DNA of 64,000 bases. Source: an uncultured candidate division Zixibacteria bacterium. GTDB taxonomy: Bacteria > Zixibacteria > MSB-5A5 > UBA10806. The position numbers were made by a program, and so were the translations under genes. The notes beneath the pieces are model-generated. The model ran no database searches. It was not told the origin of the DNA and saw only the letters and a list, made by a program, of their open reading frames with translations. Of the stretch, positions 11,025 to 21,246 are shown in pieces. How positions within the stretch are numbered: the first letter of the stretch is position 1; the number at the start of each line of letters is the position of its first letter. The DNA is taken from NCBI GenBank assembly GCA_963817915.1, contig CAWFQL010000017.1, positions 128,001-192,000 on the forward strand, read 5' to 3'.

Positions 11025-11091
11025 TTAGTACTTACTAAGATTGTAGACCGAATAAGTCTCTATTGACATCGCTTTTGCTGATTTTTATATT
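11025..11091 (+). promoter_or_regulatory. sigma70 promoter of iscS-mnmA with upstream inverted repeats
   Basis: TTGACA (11063)-17 bp-TATATT (11086); palindrome TTAGTA-ct-TACTAA (11025-11038) and AGAC-N7-GTCT (11045-11059). Confidence 0.65.
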
Positions 11092-11116
11092 GGCATCACA
11101 GAATAGGAGTAATTGG

Positions 11117-12286
11117 ATGAAGAAAGTCTATCTAGATCATAACGCTACGACCCCAGTGCATCCAGAGGTCTTTGAGGCCATGAGGCCTTATTTTACCGAG
11201 AAATATGGCAATGCCAGTTCAATATATGGTTTGGGACGAGAAGCCAAAGCCGCCTTGGAGGACGCCAGAGATTCAATCGCGACGATATTGGGATGCAAAG
11301 CCTCCGAATTATATTTTACATCCGGCGGCACTGAATCCGACAACCTGGCTATCAAGGGTGTCGCATTCGCCAATCGGTCTAAGGGCAAACATATTATCAC
11401 ATCACCTATAGAGCATCATGCTGTAGAAAAATCATGTCGATTTCTCGAAAAAGAGGGATTCGAGATCACATTCCTGCTTGTCGATTCCGAAGGCCTCATT
11501 AACCCTCAGGATTTAAAAAACGCTATTCGCCCCGATACAATTTTAGTAACCATAATGTATGCCAACAACGAGACCGGTATAATTCAGGATATCAAGGCAC
11601 TGACCGCGGTGACGAGAGAAGCTGGGATCTATTTCCACACCGATGCCGTACAGGCAACCGGCAAAATTTCGTACAAAATCCCGGAGCTCGGATGCGACCT
11701 GCTATCGATTTCAGCTCACAAACTATACGGACCAAAAGGTGTCGGATTGCTCTATATCAAATCGGGTACCAAGATACAGCCTTGGAATGAGGGCGGGGGT
11801 CATGAACGGGGCAGACGCGCCGGCACGGAAAGCGTGGCCAACGCGGTAGCACTCGCCAAAGCGATAGAGATCAGTTATCGTGATATGGATAAGGAAACAT
11901 CAAAACTTCTTTCGTTGACGAACAAATTTTACGACCAGGTGCAAAAGCGCATACCAGATATTCATTTTAATGGCAGCCTGACTAATAGAGTACCTAATAC
12001 GCTTAATATTTCATTCAAGGCGATAGAAGGGGAATCGATTATTCTTAGCCTTGATATGAAGGGGGTTTCTGTTTCATCGGGTTCGGCTTGCACGTCGGGC
12101 GCAACCAATCCCTCGCATGTGCTTTTGGCGATGGGAATTCCGCCGGAGCAAGCTCATGGATCAATCAGGTTTTCATTTGGGCGGAGCAATCAGGAAGAAG
12201 ATATCGATTATGTAGTGAATATCCTTGCCCAGGAAGTTGAACGTTTAAGGAAGATTTCACCGTTATATTCCAAATCGGGGATATAG
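11117..12286 (+). CDS. iscS: Cysteine desulfurase (NifS/IscS)
   Basis: YLDHNATTP, FTSGGTESDN, HTDAVQA, SAHKLYGPKG, SSGSACTS; RBS AGGAG before the ATG at 11117. Confidence 0.93.
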   Translation: MKKVYLDHNATTPVHPEVFEAMRPYFTEKYGNASSIYGLGREAKAALEDARDSIATILGCKASELYFTSGGTESDNLAIKGVAFANRSKGKHIITSPIEHHAVEKSCRFLEKEGFEITFLLVDSEGLINPQDLKNAIRPDTILVTIMYANNETGIIQDIKALTAVTREAGIYFHTDAVQATGKISYKIPELGCDLLSISAHKLYGPKGVGLLYIKSGTKIQPWNEGGGHERGRRAGTESVANAVALAKAIEISYRDMDKETSKLLSLTNKFYDQVQKRIPDIHFNGSLTNRVPNTLNISFKAIEGESIILSLDMKGVSVSSGSACTSGATNPSHVLLAMGIPPEQAHGSIRFSFGRSNQEEDIDYVVNILAQEVERLRKISPLYSKSGI

Positions 12287-12305
12287 CGGGTTAAAATAGG
12301 TCCGG

Positions 12306-12332
12306 AGCCCCGGTAGCTTCGGGGCTTTTTTT
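12306..12332 (+). terminator. Terminator-like hairpin between iscS and mnmA
   Basis: AGCCCCG-gtagctt-CGGGGCT followed by a T tract that ends at the mnmA ATG. Confidence 0.65.
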
Positions 12333-13424
12333 ATGAGCAAAAAGAAAGTCCTATTAGGAATGTCTGGCGGAGTCGATAGCTCTATCGCCGCCGCGATTTT
12401 GATCGAGCAGGGCTATGATGTCATAGGCGCGACGTTGAAGCTTTATGATTATTCCCAAATTGACTATGATCCCCCTGATGGCGGTTGCTGTTCGCTTGAT
12501 CTTATCGACGATGCCCGTTCGGTATGCGCGAAATTAGGCGTGCCGCATTATGTATTTGATTTGTGTAAAGAATTCGAAAAGACGGTCATAGATAATTTTA
12601 TTGATCAGTATTACGCGGGACGGACTCCCAATCCCTGCATAAGCTGCAATCGATTTATCAAATGGGGTGAGATGCTCAAAATAGCCGATCGTCTTGAATG
12701 CGATTATGTGGCTACGGGACATTATGCGGTAGTAGATCATTCAACCTCTCTGCCTCGATTAAAGAGAAGTGCGGACGCGAATAAGGATCAGTCATACGCG
12801 CTCTGGGGAATTCCTGTTCAGGCGTTGGAGCGAACTATTCTCCCAATCGGCACAATGACCAAACCCGAAGTGAGGGCCAAAGCCAAATTGTTGGGATTTC
12901 GCAACGCCGAACGAGATGATAGTCAGGAGATCTGTTTTGTGCCGGATAATCGTTACGCTGAATTTGTCCATAATAAACGACAAGTCTCGGGAAAGCCATT
13001 CGAGCCGGGGCCGATCGTAGATACCCGGGGTAAAAAGGTCGGCGAGCATAAGGGGTACGCTAATTATACAATCGGTCAGCGAAAAGGCCTGGGGATTTCG
13101 GCGCCAAATCCATTATATGTTGTCAGAATTGATGTCGAGCGAAATGTCGTAGTTGTCGGTAATAATGATGATCTTATTGCGACAAAATTTGCTGTCACGG
13201 ATACCAATATTCTTGTGGATGATTTTCTGAAATTCCCGGATATTTCAGTCAAAATCAGATACCGCCATCTGGATAGCCCGGCAAATCTTTTGATTGCGGA
13301 TGACGGGACTATCATCGTGCAATATCATTCTCCACAGCGGGCGATCACACCGGGGCAATCGGCTGTATTTTATTCAGGCGATATCGTACTTGGCGGAGGA
13401 ATAATCGATAGGGTGCTCGAGTGA
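12333..13424 (+). CDS. mnmA: tRNA 2-thiouridylase MnmA
   Basis: SGGVDS, GRTPNPC..CN, ATGHYA, KDQSY, DSQEICF, YTIGQRKGL, AITPGQSAV. Confidence 0.96.
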   Translation: MSKKKVLLGMSGGVDSSIAAAILIEQGYDVIGATLKLYDYSQIDYDPPDGGCCSLDLIDDARSVCAKLGVPHYVFDLCKEFEKTVIDNFIDQYYAGRTPNPCISCNRFIKWGEMLKIADRLECDYVATGHYAVVDHSTSLPRLKRSADANKDQSYALWGIPVQALERTILPIGTMTKPEVRAKAKLLGFRNAERDDSQEICFVPDNRYAEFVHNKRQVSGKPFEPGPIVDTRGKKVGEHKGYANYTIGQRKGLGISAPNPLYVVRIDVERNVVVVGNNDDLIATKFAVTDTNILVDDFLKFPDISVKIRYRHLDSPANLLIADDGTIIVQYHSPQRAITPGQSAVFYSGDIVLGGGIIDRVLE

Positions 13425-13447
13425 TTATTGGATCGTCTACTAATCAA

Positions 13448-13476
13448 TTGACTTTCATTTTTCCTGAGGATAAATT
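13448..13476 (+). promoter_or_regulatory. Putative sigma70 promoter
   Basis: TTGACT-17 bp-TAAATT upstream of the GGAGG RBS of the gene at 13500. Confidence 0.55.
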
Positions 13477-13499
13477 TGACATAAATATGGGGAGGAATA

Positions 13500-14183
13500 A
13501 TGATAAAAATAACATTCATAGGGCATTCATGCTTTCTGCTCGATAACGGCACGAACAAAATAATAATCGATCCGTTCATAACCGGCAATCCGTCCGCAAA
13601 GATTTCCAAGGATCAAATAAAAGCGGATTTCATATTAGTTTCACACGGCCACGGTGACCATCTCGGCGACGCAATTGCGTTGGGTAAGGCTAATAATTCC
13701 ACCATAATTGCCAATTATGAATTATGCATGCATTGTCAAGCAAATGGCGTAAAAAATATTCACCCGCTTCATATAGGCGGCGGTAACAAATTTCCGTTCG
13801 GTTCGGTCAAACTAACGATCGCCCATCACGGCTCGACACTCGGCGAAGATGGATATGGCGGCAACCCTGTCGGATTCATTATCCGCACCGATAATAAGGT
13901 GATCTATCATTCGGGCGATACGGGACTCTTTCTGGATATGAAGCTAATCGGTGAATTGGATATAATCGATTTGGCCCTGCTTCCAATAGGCGGCAATTTT
14001 ACCATGGATGCCTCCGATGCCATCAAGGCAGTCGAATTCCTTAAGCCCAAGAAGGCGATTCCAATGCATTATAATACCTTCGATATAATCAAATCCGACC
14101 CTCAGGTTTTTATCAAGGGAATCAAAGCACAGGGTGTTGAAGGAATAATCCTAAAACCTGGTGAAAGCTACGACTTGAATTGA
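13500..14183 (+). CDS. Metal-dependent hydrolase, metallo-beta-lactamase fold (UPF0173-like)
   Basis: GHSCF, SHGHGDH, YHSGDT, LLPIGG.FTM, PMHYNTF. Confidence 0.9.
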   Translation: MIKITFIGHSCFLLDNGTNKIIIDPFITGNPSAKISKDQIKADFILVSHGHGDHLGDAIALGKANNSTIIANYELCMHCQANGVKNIHPLHIGGGNKFPFGSVKLTIAHHGSTLGEDGYGGNPVGFIIRTDNKVIYHSGDTGLFLDMKLIGELDIIDLALLPIGGNFTMDASDAIKAVEFLKPKKAIPMHYNTFDIIKSDPQVFIKGIKAQGVEGIILKPGESYDLN

Positions 14184-15157
14184 AAAGTAATTGGCTCACA
14201 GCTACCAAAGCCCGGATTATGATCCTGGGCTTTTGTTTTATCCAGACATTAATATCAGGCAATTCTATTATTCATGCTCAAAGCTCGGCTTCGTCACAAT
14301 TTTTGGTTTTGCCTCAAGATAATCTATATGCCGATTCCGCTAAATATTATCTGAAATTCTTCAAGTCAAAAATTGAGCCCATACTCGGCTGGAATCTTGA
14401 TACGCTGGTCACATTGTATATGGCGGATACGGAAGATGATTTTAGAAGGGATGTCGGCGAAACATTTCCCGATTGGGGAATAGGAGCGGCCATAAGCGAC
14501 CAGGCGAAAATCGTAATTAAATCGCCTAAATTCATATATGGTGGAAAGTCGCTCGGGGAATTGATAGGCCATGAGCTCGCGCATGTCATGCTATTCAGAG
14601 CCGCCGGCAAACGGAGGCTGCCGCGGTGGTTCCAGGAAGGATTTGCCATGTATATTTCAGGCGAATGGCGGCTTGGGCAGGATATACTCGTGGCCAGGGC
14701 GGCCTGGACCGGCAATCTCATACCGCTCGAACATATGGATGGTCTTTCATCATTTAAGGGGCCCAAGGCCTCGCTGGCGTATACCGAATCCTATCTTGCC
14801 ATATCGAGTCTGGTCAGAAGGAGCGATCCGTTTCTAATTTCAGATTTTCTGGAACAGTACCGAAACAGGGGCGATTTCAATTTATGCTGGCGCAAGGTGA
14901 CCGGAAAAGATTATTATTCATGGCTTATGGACTGGTTCAATACAATTTCGAGGAATTATCATTTTCTGCTATTTATGTTTGATAGTGAGATATTTTGGAT
15001 TGTCTTCGCCCTGGCTGTTATTCTATTCTTTATATTGAAGAAATTGCAGAATCGACGGGTGAAGAAAAGATGGGAAAGGGAGGAAAGGCTAAATCCTCCC
15101 GACGAGAACTATAAAAAGTATTTCGATGGGTATTACGACGAAGAAAATAAGACATAA
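14180..15157 (+). CDS. Peptidase MA-like zinc metalloprotease with C-terminal TM helix
   Basis: HELAH zinc motif, LPRWFQEGFA, AY.ES. Start uncertain (TTG 14180 or ATG 14219). Confidence 0.75.
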   Translation: MKSNWLTATKARIMILGFCFIQTLISGNSIIHAQSSASSQFLVLPQDNLYADSAKYYLKFFKSKIEPILGWNLDTLVTLYMADTEDDFRRDVGETFPDWGIGAAISDQAKIVIKSPKFIYGGKSLGELIGHELAHVMLFRAAGKRRLPRWFQEGFAMYISGEWRLGQDILVARAAWTGNLIPLEHMDGLSSFKGPKASLAYTESYLAISSLVRRSDPFLISDFLEQYRNRGDFNLCWRKVTGKDYYSWLMDWFNTISRNYHFLLFMFDSEIFWIVFALAVILFFILKKLQNRRVKKRWEREERLNPPDENYKKYFDGYYDEENKT

Positions 15158-16019
15158 TGTCGAATTCATAATTATCAAGATTCTCCTCTTTGTACTAAAT
15201 CTCGTGCCTTATAAAATCGCTCTGCGCTTTGGCGATTTTTTCGGCATGATGGCGTTTTCGGTTTTCCGATTCCGCCGAAAAGTGACATTGGAAAATCTTG
15301 AGAAATCATTCGGGCCGAAATATACTATCAGTCAATATAGAAAAATTGGCTCCCGAACTTATCGCAACATTGTAAAAAGCATTATCGAATTCGGACTTTT
15401 CCCATCGTTAAAAAAGAAAAATCTATCGGAATTGATTTCTATCGAAGGGCAGGAGCATCTACAAAAATTGAAAAGCGACGGCAAAGGCGCTGTTCTTGTC
15501 ACCGGTCATTTCGGAAGTTGGGAGCTTTTGGGCGCCTTTATTTCGCAAAATGGCTGGCCGATTGATTATCTTGTCGGTGAGCAGCACAATCTCAAGGTCA
15601 ATGAACTGATGAATTCTCACCGCCAGATGTATGGCATCGGGCTGATCGAAATGGGTGTTGCCGCGCGCGGAGTGATCAAGGCGATAAGGGCCGGCAGGAT
15701 GGTTGCGATGCTTTCGGATCAGGACGCGGGTTCCGATGGTGTCATAGTGCAGTTTATGGGACGGCCGGCATCGACTCCCAAAGGTCCTGCGGCGTTCGCC
15801 TTAAAAACAGCGACACCAATAATATTCGGATGCATAGTCAGGGGAAATGGAATGCATAAAGTAATAATCAAGCCGCCTTTGGTTATGGAACCATCCGGAA
15901 ATAAAGACGACGATATAAAGACAATTACTCAGGCCTACACATCGCTTTTGGAGAAATTCATAATCGAAAATCCCGATCATTGGTTCTGGCCTCATCGCAG
16001 GTGGAAATCGACCTCATGA
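15126..16019 (+). CDS. Lipid A biosynthesis acyltransferase (LpxL/HtrB family)
   Basis: GHFGSWE, SDQD, FMGRPA, P.HWFWPHRRWK. Confidence 0.9.
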   Translation: MGITTKKIRHNVEFIIIKILLFVLNLVPYKIALRFGDFFGMMAFSVFRFRRKVTLENLEKSFGPKYTISQYRKIGSRTYRNIVKSIIEFGLFPSLKKKNLSELISIEGQEHLQKLKSDGKGAVLVTGHFGSWELLGAFISQNGWPIDYLVGEQHNLKVNELMNSHRQMYGIGLIEMGVAARGVIKAIRAGRMVAMLSDQDAGSDGVIVQFMGRPASTPKGPAAFALKTATPIIFGCIVRGNGMHKVIIKPPLVMEPSGNKDDDIKTITQAYTSLLEKFIIENPDHWFWPHRRWKSTS

Positions 16020-18352
16020 GCGAACCGCAATATTCGCTTTTCAACGGGCGGCCTGCCCTTGTGGCGTTATTGTCCCTTATTTCAGGGATTCTCTTCGGCC
16101 GGATTATCAATGTCTCATTTTTTATCCCATTTATTTTAGTAATAACCATTCTATTTATTATCACTATTTTATACCTCAAGGGCCTTTCGAGGCCCGCCGG
16201 CTGGATTGCCATTCTGGTTATAATTGCCTTAGGGTGGTTCAGGGCGGAGGTCGCTGATGGGCCATTTCCACCAAATCATATTGAGAATCTCGCAGTCATG
16301 GGAGGACGAGCTGAAATTATTGGAAAGGTCGTAAGTGAACCCGATCAAAGGGCTGACAAGACATATCTGATTATCGAAATTGACTCCGTTGTGATAAAAT
16401 CACTCAGGACACCGTCGATGGGTCGCCTGCGAGCAGGCATAAATGAATATACGAATGAGTTTGGCTATGGCGATCATCTAAAGCTTAGCGGCTATTTGTA
16501 TAAACCATCGGGTCCGCGTAATCCGGGCGCATTTGATTACAAAATGTATCTTGAGGCGAAAGAGATATTCGCCGCGCTTTCCGTAAGTTCTACAAATGAT
16601 ATCAATGTGATCAACGCCCAAAAGTCATTTTTGTCAGTGGTCATTTCTCCATTACGTAAATTTCTGATCGACAAGACGGTCAGGTATTTGCCTGAATCTT
16701 CGGCCGCCATTCTTTCCGGTTTTATTTTAGGTGAACGGCGTAACATGCCGGCAGAATATGAGAGATATTTTAGAGACACTGGCACCATGCACCTCATGGC
16801 AGTTTCAGGCTCCAATGTCGGAGTCGTGATTGCATTTTTTGCTCTGCCGCTGACACTGCTGCGTCTTCCCAGACCCCTTAAGGCTATCATATTAGCTGCT
16901 GTCGTTATCTTTTTTGCAATACTGACACGGCTGGAACCTTCAGTGATCAGAGCCTCGATAATGGCGTTGGTTGGGATAGTCGCCTATGGATGGATGAGAA
17001 AACCTGATTATGTAAACCTGCTTGGATTTGCCGGATTGATAATGCTTCTATGGATGCCGCTTCAGCTTTTCGATGTCGGCTTGCAATTATCTTTTGCGGC
17101 GACATTCGGAATTTTATACGCGACTTCGCCGCTTTTCAAGAAACTGTCGGCGATTCGCATTCTAAAAATTAAATATATTTTTTGGGCTGTCGCGGCACTT
17201 ATTACAACTCTGGTTGCTCAAGCGGCGGTGATGCCGTTAATGGGGCATTACTTTAATAATTTTACTCTTGTCGGCATAATCGCTAATCTTCCAATTGGCA
17301 TCCTCGCATCATGCTCTACGATATTAGGCATGATTTTTTATCTTGTATCCTGGTGCGGATACTGGCCGGCATTTCTAATTTCGATTCCGCTGAAATGGAT
17401 ATTAAGCCTGACCGCTATCACACTAAAATTCTTCGCGTCACTTCCATTGGCCAATATTAAGATTCCATCATCGGGATGGATAATGATGATTTCAATTTGG
17501 ATTGTTTTGTATTTGATATTTGAATTATTCATAAGGCATCGCCTGAGCAGGACAGCATTATTCGCAGGGCTGATCACCTTGAATATTTTTATTTGGGAGA
17601 AATTATCTGAACCGATAAAAGATTGGCGTCTTGAATTTCTCGATTTGGGGAGAAATCATGCCTGGATATTTTCCGGCCATGATCAACCAACTATGGGCTG
17701 TTACGATGATTATCATTCGCAGGGCGACGCGGAAAGCATGATACCGTTAATTATTAATAATTATTCCGGTAAAATGGATATTCTAATTTCCTCAACGCCG
17801 GATTCTAAAGATACAAAGGAAATTGCCTCGGAATTTGGAGCTCGACTAATTTTACCTGATAGCATTATAAATAATTTGGACTCTTTGGACGTAACCTATT
17901 TAAATGAAACGAATTACGGAAAATATTATACTCTTTCATCTAATGTTAAGATTGTATGGCCTAAATCCGATAATATAATTGAGGGAGATAAACCTCATTC
18001 TTATGTTCAAATTGATGTCAGTGATGGCGTCCTGATTCTTGCGGGCTGGGCAGGAATTGGCGAATTCGAGGGTGCTGAAATGAATAATAGGGTTAAAATG
18101 CTCGAACTGTCCTGGAGCAGCTATGCGCAGACTGCCTGCCTTGATATAATCGATAAACTGAAACCAGAGATGGTTGTGTTTTCCCCCGATCGTTATTCAG
18201 TCAGAACCCCGTATAGTAGAAATGAGTTGACTCATTCGGCTGGCCGCACATTTTCAACATCGATTTTTGGCGCCATGGAAATATCCAATACTGATTCTAC
18301 ATTGAGAATCGGCTCAATGAAGAATGGCGAAATTGAGGGGGAATCAAATTGA
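16016..18352 (+). CDS. comEC: ComEC/Rec2 DNA uptake channel with a degenerate C-terminal MBL-like domain
   Basis: DUF4131 region with RNPGAFDY; competence domain GTMHLMAVSGSNV, PSVIRASIM, GLQLSFAAT; ATGA overlap with the lpxL stop. Confidence 0.9.
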   Translation: MSEPQYSLFNGRPALVALLSLISGILFGRIINVSFFIPFILVITILFIITILYLKGLSRPAGWIAILVIIALGWFRAEVADGPFPPNHIENLAVMGGRAEIIGKVVSEPDQRADKTYLIIEIDSVVIKSLRTPSMGRLRAGINEYTNEFGYGDHLKLSGYLYKPSGPRNPGAFDYKMYLEAKEIFAALSVSSTNDINVINAQKSFLSVVISPLRKFLIDKTVRYLPESSAAILSGFILGERRNMPAEYERYFRDTGTMHLMAVSGSNVGVVIAFFALPLTLLRLPRPLKAIILAAVVIFFAILTRLEPSVIRASIMALVGIVAYGWMRKPDYVNLLGFAGLIMLLWMPLQLFDVGLQLSFAATFGILYATSPLFKKLSAIRILKIKYIFWAVAALITTLVAQAAVMPLMGHYFNNFTLVGIIANLPIGILASCSTILGMIFYLVSWCGYWPAFLISIPLKWILSLTAITLKFFASLPLANIKIPSSGWIMMISIWIVLYLIFELFIRHRLSRTALFAGLITLNIFIWEKLSEPIKDWRLEFLDLGRNHAWIFSGHDQPTMGCYDDYHSQGDAESMIPLIINNYSGKMDILISSTPDSKDTKEIASEFGARLILPDSIINNLDSLDVTYLNETNYGKYYTLSSNVKIVWPKSDNIIEGDKPHSYVQIDVSDGVLILAGWAGIGEFEGAEMNNRVKMLELSWSSYAQTACLDIIDKLKPEMVVFSPDRYSVRTPYSRNELTHSAGRTFSTSIFGAMEISNTDSTLRIGSMKNGEIEGESN

Positions 18353-19515
18353 GCTTCGCCGGCAATCTTAACACGGTCTCGATGGCCGATATACTCCAGC
18401 TTATATTTTCATCGAAAATGTCAGGAGCAATGTTTGTTACCAAGAGTCAGTCTCGCCGCGAAATTTATTTTAAGTCGGGCCAGTTGATTTATGCCTGCTC
18501 CTCTGATGAAGAAAATTTATTCGGAAATCTTCTGCTTAAAAAAGGCAAAATATCGAAAGTCGAATTAGATCAGGTATTGAGGAGTCAGAAGGAAGGCAAA
18601 AAGATCGGCGCCATGCTTATCGAACGGAATCTTTTTACGCGTGACGAAATCATCGGCGCGCTAAAAATGCAGATTGAAGAAATCGTATATGGTCTGTTCG
18701 GATGGAAGGATGGCACATTCGAATTCATCGAGGGCAAAACCCCTCCGCCCGAAACAATTCAGACCGAACTCAATCCTATTAATATTATCATGGAAGGCAC
18801 CCGCCGTATCGACGAATGGGAACAGCTAAAGAAAGTACTGCCACCCGATGATTCATTTATCGAACTCGTACGCGAGCCAGCCTTGAGATCAGAAGAAATG
18901 AAGCTTTCGAAGAATGAATTCATGGTGCTTGCCGAAATTGGCCCGGGCAAACAGATTTCGAAAATTGTGAACGATAGCGTACTGGATCATTTCCTGACAT
19001 CGAAAGCCCTGGCTAATCTGCTTCAACTAGGCCTTGTCAAGGCGAGCAAGATGGTCGTGAAAGACAAGACTTCTGAGCAGGATGAGAAAGCTTTAGTAGA
19101 AGTCCTGGCACAAGTTTATATCAATAATCTGAGATATATCTTTGACAGTCTAAAAGAGAAACTAGGCTCGAAAGGTGAAAAAGTAATTTTCGAAACTTTC
19201 CAGGAAAATAAAATATTCTATCCGATCTTAAGCCAGAGTTTCGCCGGCAAGGACGGTCAGGTAAATTTCGATCTGTTTCTCGATCTTTACAAGAAGCTTC
19301 CGCCGGAAGCTCGTATCTGGCGCATCGTATCGAATTTTAATTCTCTGATTATCGATTATCTGGCGGCGGTAGAAAAAAATCTTGGCCCAAAAGTCTATAA
19401 ACGAGTACTTTCCGAAATTAAGATAAATATTCAAAATGATATCAATAAGAACAGGCAATTAGCGAATAAATATGGACTCGAAGAAGAATTTTCCCGAGTC
19501 CTAAAAGATAAATAG
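18349..19515 (+). CDS. DUF4388 (PATAN-like) domain protein with MshEN-like helical repeat
   Basis: F.GNL...SMADILQLI...KMSG, IYFKSGQLIYA, LFGWKDGTFEF, IIMEGTRRIDEW. Confidence 0.8.
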   Translation: MSFAGNLNTVSMADILQLIFSSKMSGAMFVTKSQSRREIYFKSGQLIYACSSDEENLFGNLLLKKGKISKVELDQVLRSQKEGKKIGAMLIERNLFTRDEIIGALKMQIEEIVYGLFGWKDGTFEFIEGKTPPPETIQTELNPINIIMEGTRRIDEWEQLKKVLPPDDSFIELVREPALRSEEMKLSKNEFMVLAEIGPGKQISKIVNDSVLDHFLTSKALANLLQLGLVKASKMVVKDKTSEQDEKALVEVLAQVYINNLRYIFDSLKEKLGSKGEKVIFETFQENKIFYPILSQSFAGKDGQVNFDLFLDLYKKLPPEARIWRIVSNFNSLIIDYLAAVEKNLGPKVYKRVLSEIKINIQNDINKNRQLANKYGLEEEFSRVLKDK

Positions 19516-19566
19516 AAGCGCTCTTCCCGCATCAGTAAACTTGTTGGATTAGAAAGCGGTCATTAA

Positions 19567-19866
19567 ATGGTTGCTCAGCTATATCCGGTAATAGAGACAG
19601 CATTACTGATAATTTTTTCGGTTGCGTGCATGATATTGACGTTGTCGATATTCAGGTCACTGCGAGGCGGCAGCCTCGGCAACCCCTGGATTTTTATTGT
19701 CGGCGGTTTTGCGCTTGGAGCCCTTTATGGCATTGTTCATTTTCTGGAAACTTTGAATATACTTTTCGAACAATATGACCTTAGGCTTTTTTATCTTGTT
19801 GTAGGCTCATTCGCATTGATTCTGATGTTAATTGGCTTTTGGGTATACAAACGCGGCCTTAGATAA
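19567..19866 (+). CDS. Small hypothetical membrane protein (about 3 TM)
   Basis: 99 aa hydrophobic ORF that fills the gap in a co-directional gene run. Confidence 0.6.
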   Translation: MVAQLYPVIETALLIIFSVACMILTLSIFRSLRGGSLGNPWIFIVGGFALGALYGIVHFLETLNILFEQYDLRLFYLVVGSFALILMLIGFWVYKRGLR

Positions 19867-19884
19867 CACGGCAAGATAAATTCC

Positions 19885-19911
19885 TAAACATATACGCGCG
19901 ACTGTCGATAA
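19885..19911 (+). promoter_or_regulatory. sigma28 (FliA/WhiG/SigD)-type promoter
   Basis: TAAA-N15-GTCGATAA, 34 bp before the TPR-roadblock gene. Confidence 0.6.
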
Positions 19912-19945
19912 TCTAAATAGTTGTTTTGACTCAAGAGGTTAGTTT

Positions 19946-20803
19946 ATGTTCGATTTTGCCGAATTAGACGATCGCATCGCTAAATGCGAGAAAATACTGG
20001 CTGCCGATCAAAACAGCCAGATATTTGCCGCTTTGGCCGAAGCCTATAGGAAAAAGGGTGATGTTAAAAGGGCCCAGGATGTTTGTATCCAGGGTCTTAA
20101 ATCTCACCCGAATTATTCGTCTGCCAGAATTGTATTGGCCAAAATACTTATGGATAGAGAAAATTTCGACGCTGCCTGGGAAGAATTAAAAAAGGCCATC
20201 GGCTCGTCTGGCAGGACTCGGACGATAGATCTTCTCGAATCCGAAATATTGATTCATAAAGGCCAGCAATCGTCGGCGCGGGCAATCCTCGAAAAGCTCT
20301 TTCTTACCGATCCTGAAAATGACACCGTTAGGAATCTGCTCGCCATTGCCTCGGATGAAAAACAGACGTATGGTTCTATTAATGCGCGAATGCCAGAAAG
20401 ATCGATAAATGCTTTCGAGCCCAAACGCACCACGCTTACTGAAGCAGTTGGAATTATCAAGGTCCTTCCGCGTGTCATGGGAGTGGCGATTGTTGGCCAT
20501 GACGGAATGGTTCTGGAAGGACGTTTTGACAGCGCGTTATCAAAAGAAGACATAGCGGCATTATCAAAAAGCATTTTCAATAGTGTCACTTCGAATGGCC
20601 AAAGATGTAATCTCGGCATGACCGCTGAAATTCTGATAGAAACTTGCAGTACTAAAATATGGATCATCAGGAAGGTAAAATTCCTTGTGGTCATCCTGAC
20701 GCGCGATGATGTCAGTTTGGGATCATTAAGGCTGAAGGTCGCCGAGATATTTCAACAACTGGAGAATTCTGAAAGCAGGAAAAATCAGGAGGAGGTCGAG
20801 TGA
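19946..20803 (+). CDS. TPR + roadblock/LC7 domain protein
   Basis: N-terminal TPR (FAALAEAYRKKG...GLKSHPNY..ARIVLAK); C-terminal roadblock (V.GVAIVGHDGMVL, IAAL, SLGSLRLKV). Confidence 0.8.
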   Translation: MFDFAELDDRIAKCEKILAADQNSQIFAALAEAYRKKGDVKRAQDVCIQGLKSHPNYSSARIVLAKILMDRENFDAAWEELKKAIGSSGRTRTIDLLESEILIHKGQQSSARAILEKLFLTDPENDTVRNLLAIASDEKQTYGSINARMPERSINAFEPKRTTLTEAVGIIKVLPRVMGVAIVGHDGMVLEGRFDSALSKEDIAALSKSIFNSVTSNGQRCNLGMTAEILIETCSTKIWIIRKVKFLVVILTRDDVSLGSLRLKVAEIFQQLENSESRKNQEEVE

Positions 20804-21246
20804 AGAGCACTAAGATCATAAATAGATTTCAATCTTCGGTCGATTATCTGACTGAATATTCCGGAGTGATCGGGGCGGTGGTCTGCGACGACGAAGGTCT
20901 GATCATCGCCAAGGGAGGCGCTGAAGCATTCGATGCTGAAAGTTATGCGGCTCTGGGGCTGACCCTGGTCACGGACGTCGGCCTCAAATTAAAGCGTTTG
21001 ATCGGTCCCGAAATTGAATACGTTGTTTTGAAAACCGGAAGACACTGGTTGACTATCGCCAAATCCTCCAACATGTATCTAATTGTTGCCGCCGACAGAC
21101 ATGCCGACGATCTTCTGAATATCAGGATAACAAGGTCTATAGAAATGATAACTTCATTTGTAAAAGAAAAATATCCCTCTACGTCAGCTACGCAAAAACT
21201 GACTACGAGTTACATCGCAAAGAATATGGAGGATGTTCATGTATGA
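20800..21246 (+). CDS. Roadblock/LC7 domain protein
   Basis: SGVIGAVVCDDEGLIIA...AESYAAL pattern; GTGA overlap with the upstream gene. Confidence 0.8.
   Translation: MKSTKIINRFQSSVDYLTEYSGVIGAVVCDDEGLIIAKGGAEAFDAESYAALGLTLVTDVGLKLKRLIGPEIEYVVLKTGRHWLTIAKSSNMYLIVAADRHADDLLNIRITRSIEMITSFVKEKYPSTSATQKLTTSYIAKNMEDVHV

Noticed and set aside
11063..11116. N-terminal extension of IscS in the ORF track
   Set aside because: The TTG is part of the -35 box; the ATG at 11117 has a proper RBS.
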